Source: Mustelus asterias (Eukaryota). From it: a stretch of 64,000 bases of DNA. The stretch is taken from assembly GCF_964213995.1 (NCBI RefSeq), contig NC_135821.1, forward strand, positions 39,618,001 through 39,682,000, read 5' to 3'. Under the pieces are notes generated by a model. It was not told the origin of the DNA, did not search any database, and saw nothing but the letters and a program-made list of their open reading frames with translations. Both the position numbers and the translations under genes were made by a program. Positions 23,071 to 34,679 of this stretch are shown here, piece after piece (the first letter of the stretch is position 1; each line of letters opens with the position of its first letter).

Positions 23071-24340
23071 TAGTCCCCAAGTTAACTCCTGGCCAATCAA
23101 GACAGCTTGCAATTGTGAGCGGTGCACTTATTCCTTTCCATTTTGATCATGTTCTGCTTTATCTTTTCATTGGACCCACATTGACCTTTCTCTATTAACG
23201 CAGCCTCGTCTGCCAAAGTAAAGACTTTCCCACACCTATTCGCGGATTTCTCATCAGGAACCAGATGATAATGTTGGAAATAAAGATCCTATTTCCAGAT
23301 CAGGGACTTTTTCTGTTCCCTCGCTGCCCCCAATAAGCTAAGGGGCAAGAGTTAATCTCAGGGAAGTCATAACACTCTTCCCGCCCCCAGTATCGATTAG
23401 GATTCAAGCACAATCTCTTGTCCAACCTAAACTCCATGGACCAGCAATTTCCAGGTTACCTTTATCTCCACTTTTCCAGACATGTGCATCATTGCATAAG
23501 GGGCTGGATATTGTTCCTACTGGTCCTGAATTTAACCTATTTTAAATTTGCTTTCTATCCAGAGGTGAACTAATTTTTACTTTTCAGGATATTTAGTTTC
23601 ATTCATCTTGCTAACTTCACAGTTTCTTGGCCCAATCTTACTCCTTTAGCTGCTTCAGTTTGGCAGGAAGGGTTAAATCACAGTGATTAAAACATTGACT
23701 ATTCTTAGAGCTTTCGAAGAGCTTTGTTCATTTATTAGGCAAACACTAATTTCATTAAATGTTTAGTCTGTGTCAAGTGAAGGAGAGAAATTGATCAAAT
23801 TTAATAACCAAATGCTCATGTAAGAATAAGATGTATTTAATCCCATCTCAAACATTTCCGAGACAATGATCTTTGCAGTGATGCCCATCCTGCAACTTTA
23901 CAATACCTAACCCATAACTCAATTTAATCTATGTATTCTCAATTGTTTCATGAGAGGTGATGTTTTTGAGCTGAAATGCAGTCCCATTTTTAATGATTTG
24001 GCAATGCGGTGCAAAGCAGGTTGGCATTTTCAAGTTGTGTTCTAAACAGTTAAGCTCACCAAGCACAGAATTGGAAAATGATCCTCAAAATAATCTGTTT
24101 AGGATCTATTGAATCGCTGATCACCAGTCAATATGACTTTCATTGCATTGGTTTTAAGAAAACATTACATTGGAATTGGAGTAATTTGTACTCTCTGATG
24201 GTCTGAGCTCCTTATAAGGTACTCTGATAGAGGAGAGCAAAAAGCTTGATCTTCATGTGCTTTAATTGAAGAGTGTTGCAGAGATTGTGTTTTAACGTGC
24301 CTGAGGGTGAAGCCATGTTCAGCATTGTCTACACACCATT

Positions 24341-24530
24341 GTCTCACAGCACCAGATTAAAGTCCAACAGGTTAATTTGGAATCACGAGCTTTCAGACGC
24401 TGTTCATTCATCAGGTGAAGGAGCAGCGCTCCGAAAGCTCATGATTCCAAATAAACCTGCTGGACTTTAACCTGGTGTTGTGAGACTTCTTACTATGCTT
24501 ATCCCAGTCCAACGCCAGCATCGCCACTTC
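24341..24530. mobile_element. Non-coding Penelope terminal repeat in inverted (fold-back) arrangement with hammerhead core
   Basis: 24341-24411 is the reverse complement of ~24414-24486; the right arm matches the Penelope 3' end at 1435-1510; minus-strand CAC-CTGATGA..GAAA-GC-TC-GTG at 24384-24417. Confidence 0.85.
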
Positions 24531-25040
24531 ATTTCTACGAGGTACACAACTTGCAAGCATCGCAACCATTTTCCCTGTAGATCCAACATTTAATAGGGAA
24601 TGCTCCTGTTCCTAATCTGTTTCCGTTTGCGTTGTCAATGCAATTTATCTGACCCGTTTTAAGCTTTCGTTTTGGCACAAGAGGCAGCCTTGAAAAACAC
24701 TGAACCAGTTCCATTTTGGTTTGAATAAGAGTGACCAAGTGAATTCTTCACAATGAAATAGGTTAACCCCAAAACCAAGGAGTTCTGCAATTGTTAACAA
24801 AATCCTAATTAATTTATAAAACTGCTGAGGACAGTCAGAAGCAGATTCATCATTGATTCTCTTTAGTGTGGTATTCCACATGTTGGTTTATACCGATGGC
24901 ATCCTTGGTATGACTTTGGGGCCCATTTTTCCCCCTCTCTCCCTCCCACACATCACTTAAGCCTCCCACTAGTGTTGCTGCTTCATATCCACCCAGGTTC
25001 AGATCCGGACTGAGCTGGACTCCAACACTTTAGAGTCATA

Positions 25041-25166
25041 GGCCCTGATTTTACCGGCACAGCCGTCCTGAAATTGGGGCGGGCGAGGCTTGCAGAACGG
25101 CATTCCCCATTGGCCTCGGGCGCAATTTTACGAGCCTCGGGCAACCGTGTCAGTAAAAGTAGGGCC
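25041..25166. mobile_element. Short TIR MITE (PIF/Harbinger-like)
   Basis: GGCCCTGATTTTAC...GTAAAAGTAGGGCC, 3-bp TSD ATA/ATA, inserted in a CR1-type tail. Confidence 0.8.
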
Positions 25167-27242
25167 ATAGCGTTTTACAGCACAAAAAGTGACCCTTTGG
25201 CCCATTATGACTGCTACCAGCCATCAAGTACCCATCCATTATAGTCCTGTTTTCCAGCACGTGGTCGTAACACTCTCTTCTACTTTTGAAGAAAAGTAGG
25301 CAGTGGGAAGCTGTGAAGACCTCAGTCTCCAACCAGCACAGGTAGAACCTTTACTGAAATAGCACAGTTGCTCCCATCGTTGCTTTCAAACACTTCCCAT
25401 CATAATACATCGTCTTCACTTCGGAATTGGCCACAGTTCCGTGACTGTAATCGATCATTCACTCATTGAACGGTAGATGGCCCTCGCACGCCATCTCTCT
25501 CTCTCTCTCTTTGCCATTCCAGAACATGGCGCCACAGCAAGACATAGGTTGGGTGAGTGGTACTTGGCCATAGGTTAATGGGCTTCACTAGTTCCTTCAA
25601 CCAGCACATTCAGCCATCTTTCTAGGCATACTCTGGCACAGCTCCTGTCCATTAATTCATTGGATTAGTGAAGCTCAGGAGTTATATGACTGAAAGAACA
25701 GAGATGTTTTCGAGAAGGAACTTTCTAAAGAATTGTGATGCATATAGGAATACCATTGAGTTTTCTTTTAAAAGACTGAACCAATTTGATTCTTACAGCA
25801 CTTGCATCTTTCAAATTCTCCTTGTGGGCTATAATGACGGTTAAATAAAATTCAGCAGTTGTTTTATTAACCTGCTCTCAGATTAAACAAAGACCTGTTA
25901 CAACAGTTAACGTGTAGCGCCAACAATATGCCATCGTACGCTTATTCTTTTGTAAGAAATCGGGGTGAAAGCTAACCGTCCCAGCGTAGCACACAACCCA
26001 AGGCTGACCAGAGTAAAAGGTAAACCAGTGCACGGGGATTAGGTGAGTTTTAAGTACCTGTAGCTACCGGGTCTGTTTTACGATGCAAGGGATAGCAAAA
26101 GGGCTTGTATTTACATAATGCTTTTCGCATACTACAATTCTTCCGACGTAACTTTTTAATTTATTTTCTGGTCCCCTGCATCATGTCCCAGTTGTAGTGA
26201 TACACAGATGCCCTTCTCCAGCGATTGGTCAGTTGATACCCACCCATTAAGAAGGTCACAGGAACCTCTTGTGCGAGATTAACTTTCAACCATTATTCTG
26301 GGGGAAAAAAAATTTGTTGACACTTGACAACTTTCAGCTTGTTTTAGCACCGGGATTGCCTTAACACTGAGATGAAATCTTCCTGGCACCCTGGAGACAG
26401 GTCAGGAGATGGGACTGGGAACAAAATTTGAAGTGAGCTCGTTGAGTCGGTTCCCTATCTCACAGCAACCTAGCCAAAAGTGAGATTAGTGTGACAGAGG
26501 ATACCTGACCAGCAATGACAATTGGTTAATTAGGACCAATTTGGGGTCCAATTGGGAACGAGGAGCTGTTATTACTGGGATCTTCCCAACACCACATAGG
26601 CTCATCACTCGGGCCAAATAAAGCCTGGCAGGTACCTGGAGATGCATCCTAGAAGCAGGCCGGCAGCCATTGGTGAATCCTCTAATCCCTCCAACTCAGA
26701 GCTGCAGGGATTGGATGGCCACAAACACATGAGATTTCTCCCTCCACAATGATGGCATACCAGCTGTGGCCGTTACTTACTTTTCACACGTCTTCCGGGA
26801 GCAACTCCATTTTGAGGCACCCCCCTTGAGCTCAGCATATCCCAGATGAACAGAAGTTCTTTGATGTCTTGACCAGTACCATCAAGCCGGTCCTTTTTCC
26901 AGCATGCTGTTTATTAGGCCCAGTTGTTGCCATGTTCACCAACATAACACAGTGACCATATTGCAAAAAAGTACATAGTGACCTATTGCTTTGACGCATC
27001 TTGAGGATGTGACGAGACACTATATAAATACAAGTTTGTTTTTGCCTTGGGGTACTTTATAACCTTAAATCTGATTTTTTTAAAAAGGAATCATTTTATT
27101 GAGGTTTAAGAATGTTACCTACAGGAAGCATCTTAGTTTGCAACCTCTGCCTGCAGACCTCCATTTTCACTGGGAGAGAATACTTGAAGCCAGTTGTGTA
27201 AATTTCTAGGCACCACATGTTAAGAGAATGTCTCAAAATTTT

Positions 27243-27381
27243 GGGAGGGATTCTCCGGTCTCATCCTTGGCAGGATTCGTTGCGAGCGAGAATGGTGAAT
27301 TTGGTGTTCCAGCCAAAACTCCGTTCATTCTCAGCGGCACCGGAGAATCCCAGCCGCGAATGAGGATGGAAGATTTCAACC
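27243..27381. mobile_element. Short TIR MITE, related in opposite orientation to 58233-58368
   Basis: GGGAGGGATTCTCC...GGAAGATTTCAACC; interior GAATTTGGTGTTCCAGCCAAAACTCCGTTCA is the reverse complement of the 58233 copy interior. Confidence 0.7.
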
Positions 27382-27659
27382 TATACTTTCAAATGGAGAA
27401 TGAATTCAACTTCCGAGCGGACTGCAGAGCACTGTCACAAGATGACCGTCATCTCAGTTGAAGCCTTTTGCAATGGTTCAGCATTGGAGGGCACACACCA
27501 TCATCCATGTGAATTTCTAAAGTGAGGGGCAAGCATTTTCAATTTTAGACTGGCCAATTGTTTTTATTAATGGGCCTCCCCTGTTGGGGGACAGCTGTAG
27601 TTCTGATGGCAATGGGCTTCACTGTATGCCAGCACATTGGTCCGTACGCAACAGGATTT

Positions 27660-28270
27660 GGGTGGCATAGTTGTTAGCACTGCTTCCTCACAGCGCCAGG
27701 GACCCGGGTTCAATTCTGGCCTCTGTCTGTGTGGAGTTTGCATATTCTCCCCGTGTCTGTGTGGGTTTCCTACTAGTGCTCTGGTTTCCTCCCACAATCC
27801 AAAGATGTGTAGGTTAGATGGATTGGCCATGCTAAATGGCCCCTTAGTGTCAGGGAGTTGTGGGGATAGGGCCTGGGTGGGGTTGTTGTCAGTGCAGGCT
27901 CAATGGGCCTAACGGCTTCCTTCTGCACTGAAGGGATTCTACGGTATGTAATATGTCAGTCTTTAAAGCGGCACAGTGGTAAGCACTGCTGACTCACAGC
28001 ACCAGGGACCCGAGTTCGATTCCCGGCTTGGATCGCTGTCCGCAGAGTTCTCCCCATATCTGCGTAGGTTTCCTCCGGCCGCTCCGGTTTCCTCGCACAG
28101 TCCAAAGATGTGCAGGTTAGGTTGATTGGCCATGCTAAATTGCCCCTTAGTGTCAGGGAGATTAGCAGGGTAAATATGTGGGGTTATGGGGGTAGGGCCT
28201 GGGTGGGATTGTCGTTTGTGCAGGCTCGATGGGCCAAATGACCTCCTTTTGCACTGTAGGGATTCTGTGA
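27660..28270 (+). mobile_element. Two tandem HE1/V-SINEs (27660-27942, 27968-28270)
   Basis: Two head/core/CR1-tail units. Confidence 0.85.
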
Positions 28271-28914
28271 GGATACTTACTGAGGTAAATACAGCGTTAC
28301 TGAAAAATAATATAGTCTGTGGTTAGAATTTGGTTGTGTCCTGCGCAGAAATTAAATTTTGACTCTCTTTGACTTGTAAAAACAGGGAGAAAGACTTCAA
28401 ACCAATGATGCTGTACATCAGGTTGGTTCAGAATTTCTTTTTTTTTTAAATGTTCATTACCTTTGTGTGAAGCAATGTAAAATATATTTAAAAATGCAAT
28501 ATATTTTTCTAATTTGTCGAGGGATTAAAACAACTGAATCATGGTGGAGTAAGTGGTTAAAATAAAAATAATAACTAGGTGAAGCTTGGGTAACACACGA
28601 AGCACTTGGCAAAATATATATGATACGTTATGATGGAGAAATGCTGAAGCTTCTTTGTCAGGGTCAGTGGACAGGGCAGAACAGGCAATAAAATACAGAC
28701 GTTATTTTGGGACAGTGATTGCAGTGTCTCCTCGAGCTGAAATGATGAGAGACTCGATGAGGAATAAGAAGTGTCTGGAATTTGAAGTGTGTGTGTGTGC
28801 ACATACGTCCATACCTGTCTGGTGTTGAATTTGAACAGTTTTGTATTTAGATTTTTTTTTTCTCCCATGTATAGTGATCCTTGTATTTGTATAGATTTTG
28901 CTGCCTTTGTGCCT

Positions 28915-29125
28915 ATTGTCTGAGTTTCCTCCGGGTGCTCCGGTTTCATCCCACAGTCCAAAGATGTGTGAGTTAGGTTGATTGGCCATGCTAAATTGCC
29001 CCCCTTAGTGTCAGGGGTATTAACAGCATAAACGTGTGGGGTTATGGGAATAGAGCCTGGGTGGGATTGTGGTCCCTACAGACTTGATGGGCCAAATGGC
29101 CTCCTTCTGTACTGTAGGGATTCTA
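28915..29125 (+). mobile_element. 5'-truncated HE1/V-SINE
   Basis: Core plus CR1-type tail. Confidence 0.85.
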
Positions 29126-29547
29126 TCCTATGAAAAACACAAGCCCTACCATTTATAAAGAATATGAATTCAATTTTATTAAGCATTGGACACGAACAAA
29201 ACCTGCCCAATGTTATAAAGGAGGGAATTAATTAGATTTTATCAATGCACATTTTTGCTTTTTTTGGAAAAAAAATTAATGTCATGCTAATTATTGTGAG
29301 CTGCGAAAGCTGGGGGAATCAAACACTGTCTATTTTAAGTACCCACTGTCAGCATCAAGTCGTGCCAGGTCTAGGATTGCTCTCTGATGCGTCTCAGCTC
29401 CAGTGCAAGAAAAGATCCCTCAGCTGCACTAAACTTTAAGATGCTGTAGGGGTGAAACTTCCAATACTGAGCCCGCTTTATACCCTGCTTGACCTTTTCG
29501 TACTAAGCCAGAAGAGAACAAGTTTAAAAGGTGGTCACCGATTCCTT

Positions 29548-30201
29548 GCGGCACAGTGGTGAGCACGGCTGCCTCACAGCACCAGGGACGCAGGTTCAAT
29601 TCCAGCCTCGGGTCACTATCTGTGTGGAGTTCGCACGTTCTCCCCGTGTCTGCGTGGGTTTCCTCTGGGTGCCCCAATTTCCTCCCACAGTCCTAAAATG
29701 TTTAGAGTAGGTGGATTGACCATGCTAAATTGCCCCTTAGTGTCGCAAGATGCCCGGTGGCACAGTGGTTAGCACTGTTACCTCACAGCGTCAGGGACCC
29801 AGGTTCAATTCCCAGCTTGGGTCACTGTCTGTGCGGAGTCCGCACGTTCTCCCCGTGTCTGCGTGGGTTTCCTCCGGGTGCTCCGGTTTCTTGTCACAGT
29901 CCAAAAGGTGTGCAGACTAGATGCATCGGCCATACTAAATTCTCCCTCAGTGTCCCCGAACAGGCACCGGAGTGTGGCGACTAGGGGATTTTCCCAGTAA
30001 CTTCATTGCAGTGTTAATGTAAGCCTACTTGTGACATTAATAAATAAACTTAAACTTAGATACGTAGGTTAGATGGATTAATCATGGGAAATATATGGGG
30101 TTACGGAGATAGAGTGGGGGAGAGGGCCTGGGTACGATACTGTCAGAGAGTTGGTGGAGCCTCGATGGGCCAAATGGCCTCTTCTGCACTATGATTCTAT
30201 G
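29548..30201 (+). mobile_element. HE1/V-SINE (CR1 tail) with a tail-B HE1 nested at ~29752-30058
   Basis: Outer copy stops after GCCCCTTAGTGTCGCAAGATG and resumes at AGATACGTAGGTTAG after the inner copy's AAACTT tail. Confidence 0.85.
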
Positions 30202-30837
30202 AAAGTCAGATTTCACCCTCATTGGATGAAGGTTTCCAAGATCTGAAGTCACTGCAGGTTTTGTACGCTGCAAGTAGCTTCAGGGGAAAGCCCAAGAGAA
30301 GTGCAGTCGATTTTCTATTCACTGATGTTGCTTTAAGGGTTGTAACACCACTCACATACACCTTTTCAGCAAATGGATGGATGGAACTGGGAACCGATGC
30401 TGAGAGCTCACTGTACAGCAGAGCACTCCGTGGCAGAGCGTTAGAGTGGGATTTTGGGAGTGTTGCCGATCTAGCCTGAATCTTGTCTGAAAGCGTCAAG
30501 TCAATACATGTTTGAAGTAGTGGCTGCTAAAACTGCTTCATCATTTAATTTTTCTGGGCCACTCCCAAATGAGATTAATATTGAAAAAATCATGGACTCA
30601 GAAAAACTGTTGGATAGCAACTATGGCATTGTCATGTTAGTGGACAACTATTCCAGAGTTCGAAACCCACCATCATAGCAGTATGAAAATGTGAATTTGC
30701 TTCAAAAGAAGTTTCAGAAAAGTTGGCATCAATAAAAATGACCATGAAGCTTTTGGCTTTTCATTGAAAACTCAACTGGTTTACAAATGTCCATACTTAG
30801 CCTGGCCAGTATATGATTCCAATTCCCATTGTCGTTG

Positions 30838-31030
30838 AATGAATCGCTTCATTGGATGTATTCAAGAGGCGGCTGGATATAGCACTTGAGACAAATGGGA
30901 TCAAAGGTTATGGGGAGAAAGCAGGATTAGGCTATTGAGTTGAATAATCAGCCATGATCGTGATGAATGGCGGAGCAGGCTCAAAGGGCCAAATGGCCTC
31001 CTCCAGCTCCTCTTCTATGTTCCTATGTCA
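30838..31030 (+). mobile_element. CR1 3' end
   Basis: TTCAAGAGGCGGCTGGATATAGCACT..GGGCCAAATGGCCTCCTCCAGCTCCT..TTCTATG. Confidence 0.8.
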
Positions 31031-31314
31031 GTCTTCTCCAGGGAAAGTAGGGATGGTCTATATATTAGCCATACGAGGAATGCTGATTGAATCATTATAA
31101 AAAGACCCTATAATTCCACAAAAGTTTAAAAACACCCTATGTGTCAGTTGTGATTTGTTGGTGATTTCATGCATTTGCCGAATCTTCTCTTAAAGCCCTG
31201 GTTTTCTAGGATATATTTTTATTACTGGGGTGAACCGTAAGTGTGTGATCAAGCCCAGACACCAGCAAGGTTAGAATAGCAGAAAGGATGAGTTAAACCA
31301 AGCTGTAACTATAA

Positions 31315-31632
31315 AGCAATGGCTTTATGTTGTCACTGGACTAGTAATCCAGACACCCAGGTTCAAATCCTACCATGGCAGATGGTGAAATTTGAATTCA
31401 ACAAAAATCTGGAACTAAAATATCAATGACCATGAAACCATTGTTGATTGTCGTAAAAACCCATCTACTTCATTAATGTCCTTTAGGGAAGGAAATCTGC
31501 CATCCTTACCTAGTCTTGCCTACATGCGACTCCAGAGCCACAGCGATGTGGTTGACTTTTAACTGTCCTGTGAAACGGCCCAGCAAGCCCCTCAGATCAA
31601 GGGCAATTAGGGATGGGCAACAAATGCTGAAT
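31315..31632 (+). mobile_element. SINE-B copy
   Basis: Shared body and tail. Confidence 0.85.
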
Positions 31633-32261
31633 GAATAATTACAAAGAATTGTCAAAGTTATATCACAGTTGCCCAGAGTGGGTGTGGGCTGCAGTTGCGA
31701 GTGTGATTGATACAGGGGGGACGTGCTTGCCAACGTTAACTCCCAGACTGGATAAAACTTTCTTTTGCCGCGGAGACGATCTTGAATTGCAATGGAAGCA
31801 TATTGAGTGTGGCAAACTGATGCCATATAGCGAGTGGTACACAGATATTACAAGACAGCAATATATCCAAGGGTTGAGTTGCACCACACATCACGTGAGT
31901 GAGAGTCGAGCAACTTCTCAGCATAATTTGATACCCAGGCATTAATGCTTGTAAATCATTGCAACTTATTTAGCTCCTGGTTTTAATTGTTGGCCAGGTA
32001 TTTTTCTATTTTAGGTCTTTTCCTCATTTTGTGGGCACAGCCACAGCTATCTTCCCTCATTCCCGTTGAGTTAACTGATCTCTGATGTGTTGGTAAAGGG
32101 TAGCTTCAATTGACGTAATTTTCCTGAGGCTTGGGGGCAATAGGAAAATAGGACTTAGGAGCGAGAGTAGGCCATTCAGCCCTTCGAGCCTATTCCAATA
32201 TTCAATGAGATTATGGTTGATCTGGTTGTGGTCTCAATTTCACTTTTCTATTTGCAATTGA

Positions 32262-32394
32262 CTCTGACAAAGGGTCATCCAGACTTGAAGCATTGGCTCT
32301 ATTCTCTCCCCACAGATGCTAACAGACCTGCTGAGATTTTCTAGCACTTTCTGTTTTTGTTTCAGATTTCCAGCATCTGCAGTATTTTGCTTTT
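32262..32394 (+). mobile_element. Short non-coding hammerhead-bearing unit (Penelope-tail/retrozyme-like family 2)
   Basis: CTCTGACAAAGGGTCATCCAGACTTGAAGCATTGGCTC..CACAGATGCT..GACCTGCTGAG..TTTCAGATTTCCAGCATCTGCAGTATTTTGCTTTT, homologous to 56736-56970 and 62993-63112. Confidence 0.7.
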
Positions 32395-32399
32395 AACTC

Positions 32400-32805
32400 A
32401 GGTTAATACTCTGGGGATCGGGGTTCGAATCCCACCATGGCAGATGGTGGAATTTAAAATTCACTAAACATCTGGAATCAAAAGTGAAACCATTTTGATT
32501 GTCATGAAACCCTATCTGTTCAAGAATGCCCTTTAGAAAATGAAATCTGCCGTCCTTGCCTGGCGTCACCCTACATGTGATTCCAGATCCACAGAATTTC
32601 TTTTTATTCAATTACGAAATGCGGGCAATGCTGGCTGGGCCAACATTTATTGTCCATCCCTAACTGCCCTCCATCTCCGAGAGCATTTGAGAGTCAACCA
32701 CATTGCTGGTTGACTCTTCAAGGTCAGGGGCAGTTAGGGATGGGCAATAAATGCTGGCCCAGCCAGCGGCACCCACATTCCATGAAAGAATAGTAAAAAA
32801 AAAGA
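32400..32805 (+). mobile_element. SINE-B with internally inverted duplicate of its tail
   Basis: Head/body 32400-32595, reverse-complement tail ~32600-32706, forward tail 32707-32805. Confidence 0.8.
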
Positions 32806-32901
32806 CAATTAATTACTCTGGGTCCGGCAAACCGTTTCTGGACGTTTACCAATGTAGACATTGGTAAATCCTGGAGTGAGTTCAGTGATGATGCCCTCCA
32901 T

Positions 32902-33215
32902 GGGGTGGCACAGTGGTTAGCACTGCTGCCTCACAGTGCCAGGGACCCGGGTTCAATTCTGTGCTCGGGTCACTGTCTGTGTGGAGTTTGTACCTTCTCC
33001 CCGTGTCTGCATGGGTTTCCTCTGGGGGTTCCGGTTTCCTCCCACAGTCCAAAGATGTGCGGGTTAGGTTGATTGCCCATGCTAAATTGACCCTAGTGTC
33101 AGGGGATTGGCAGGGTAAATATGTGGGGTTACGGGAATAGGGCCTGGGTGGGATTGTGGTCGGTGCAGACTTGATGGGCTGAATGGCCTCCTTTTGCACT
33201 GTAAGGATTCCATGT
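32902..33215 (+). mobile_element. HE1/V-SINE, CR1-type tail
   Basis: Full copy. Confidence 0.9.
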
Positions 33216-33294
33216 GGATCTTCTTGAAATCTAGTAAAAGCTACCAACTCTCTCAGGCAAATCTAAATGCCACAGATGCCCAAGTGCCCAGAAT

Positions 33295-33830
33295 TACTGT
33301 GTACAGTTCTGGTCATCCTATTATAGAAAGGATATTATTAAACTAGAAAGAGTGCAGAAAAGATTTACTGGGATGCTACCGGAACTTGATAGGTTTGAGT
33401 TATAAGGAGACGCTGGATAGACTGGGACTTTTTTCTCGGAGTGAAGAATGCTGAGGTCTATAGAGGTCTACAAAATAATGGGGGCATAGATAAGGTAGAT
33501 AGTCAATATCTTTTCCCAAAGGTAGGGGAGTCTAAAACTAGAGGACCCAGGTTTAAGGTGAGAGGGGAAAGATACAAAAGGATCCAAAGGGGCAACTTTT
33601 TCACGCAGAGGATGGTGAGTGTCTGGAACAAGCTGCCAGAGGTAGTGGTAGAGGCGGGTACAATTTTGTCTTTTAAAAAGCATTTATATAGTTACATGGG
33701 TAAGATGGGTATAGAGGGATATGGGCCAAATGCAGGCAATTGGGATTAGTTTAGGGGTTTAAAAAAAAAGGGTGGTTTGCCAAGTTGGGCCGAAGGGCCA
33801 GTTTCCATGCTGTAAACCTCTATGACTCTA
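33295..33830 (+). mobile_element. CR1 3' end
   Basis: YCVQFWS, RGNFFTQRMVSVWNKLPEVVVEAG, CTCTATGACTCTA tail; same subfamily as 51618-52830. Confidence 0.9.
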
Positions 33831-33974
33831 ATTGTACTCCAGCAAACTCCTACTGGTTTTCTTGAGTTTTCTACTCGCCCCACTTCAAACTTTTAACTCC
33901 TCAGCTCTCTGTCCAATTTTCGACACACACCTCACTCCGTGGCCGCTTGAACGGTCAGCATAATGTTCCAATCC

Positions 33975-34670
33975 TTTTCCAAAATGGAAGCAGTGTCAGT
34001 GGACTGGGGGGAATTCAGATACTGCACTCGTATTCAAGAAAGGAGAGAGAGATAAATCTGTCAACTACAGGTCCATCATTCCAATCTCAGTGGAGGGGAT
34101 ACTCTTGGAGACCAGAACCCGAGACAAAAATTGTGCGTTAATAAATTAAAGCCAGCATGCCTTTGATGAATACAAATCATGTTTGATCAACTTGACTTAA
34201 GTTCTTTGATAGAGTAATGGAGAGAGCTGCTGAGGGATACTGTGGTTAATGTTGTGTATAATGGCCTTCAAAAGGTGTTTGATAAACTATCATATAATAG
34301 ACTTGTTAACAAAGTTGAAAATCATAGGATTAAAAGGGCAATGATAGGAAATTGTCTAAGAGACAAAGACGGCAGTAGTGGGGAGAGGTTTGCAGTGGGG
34401 CCCCCAGGAGCTGGGATTGGAACCACTGGTCCTTTGATATATATTTAGAAACGTAGGAAATAGAAGCAGGAAGTAGGCCATTTGGCCCTTCGAGCCAGTT
34501 CTACCATTCATTTTGATCATGGCTGATTATCAAATTTAATATCTATAACTTAGACTTGGGTGTACGGTGTTTAATTTCAAAGTTTACAGATGACTTGATA
34601 CTCAATGATTAGTGAGGGGGATATTACAGACTTTAGGAGGATATAGACTGCTGGAATGGGCAAACACATT
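33975..34670 (+). mobile_element. Old CR1 RT fragment with a short CR1 tail inserted (~34448-34545, minus)
   Basis: AACTACAGG (NYR), CAGCATGCCTTT..TCATGTTTGATCAACTTG, TTTGATAAA, AAGTTTACAGATGAC (KFTDD). Confidence 0.7.
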
Positions 34671-34679
34671 GCTTCATTG

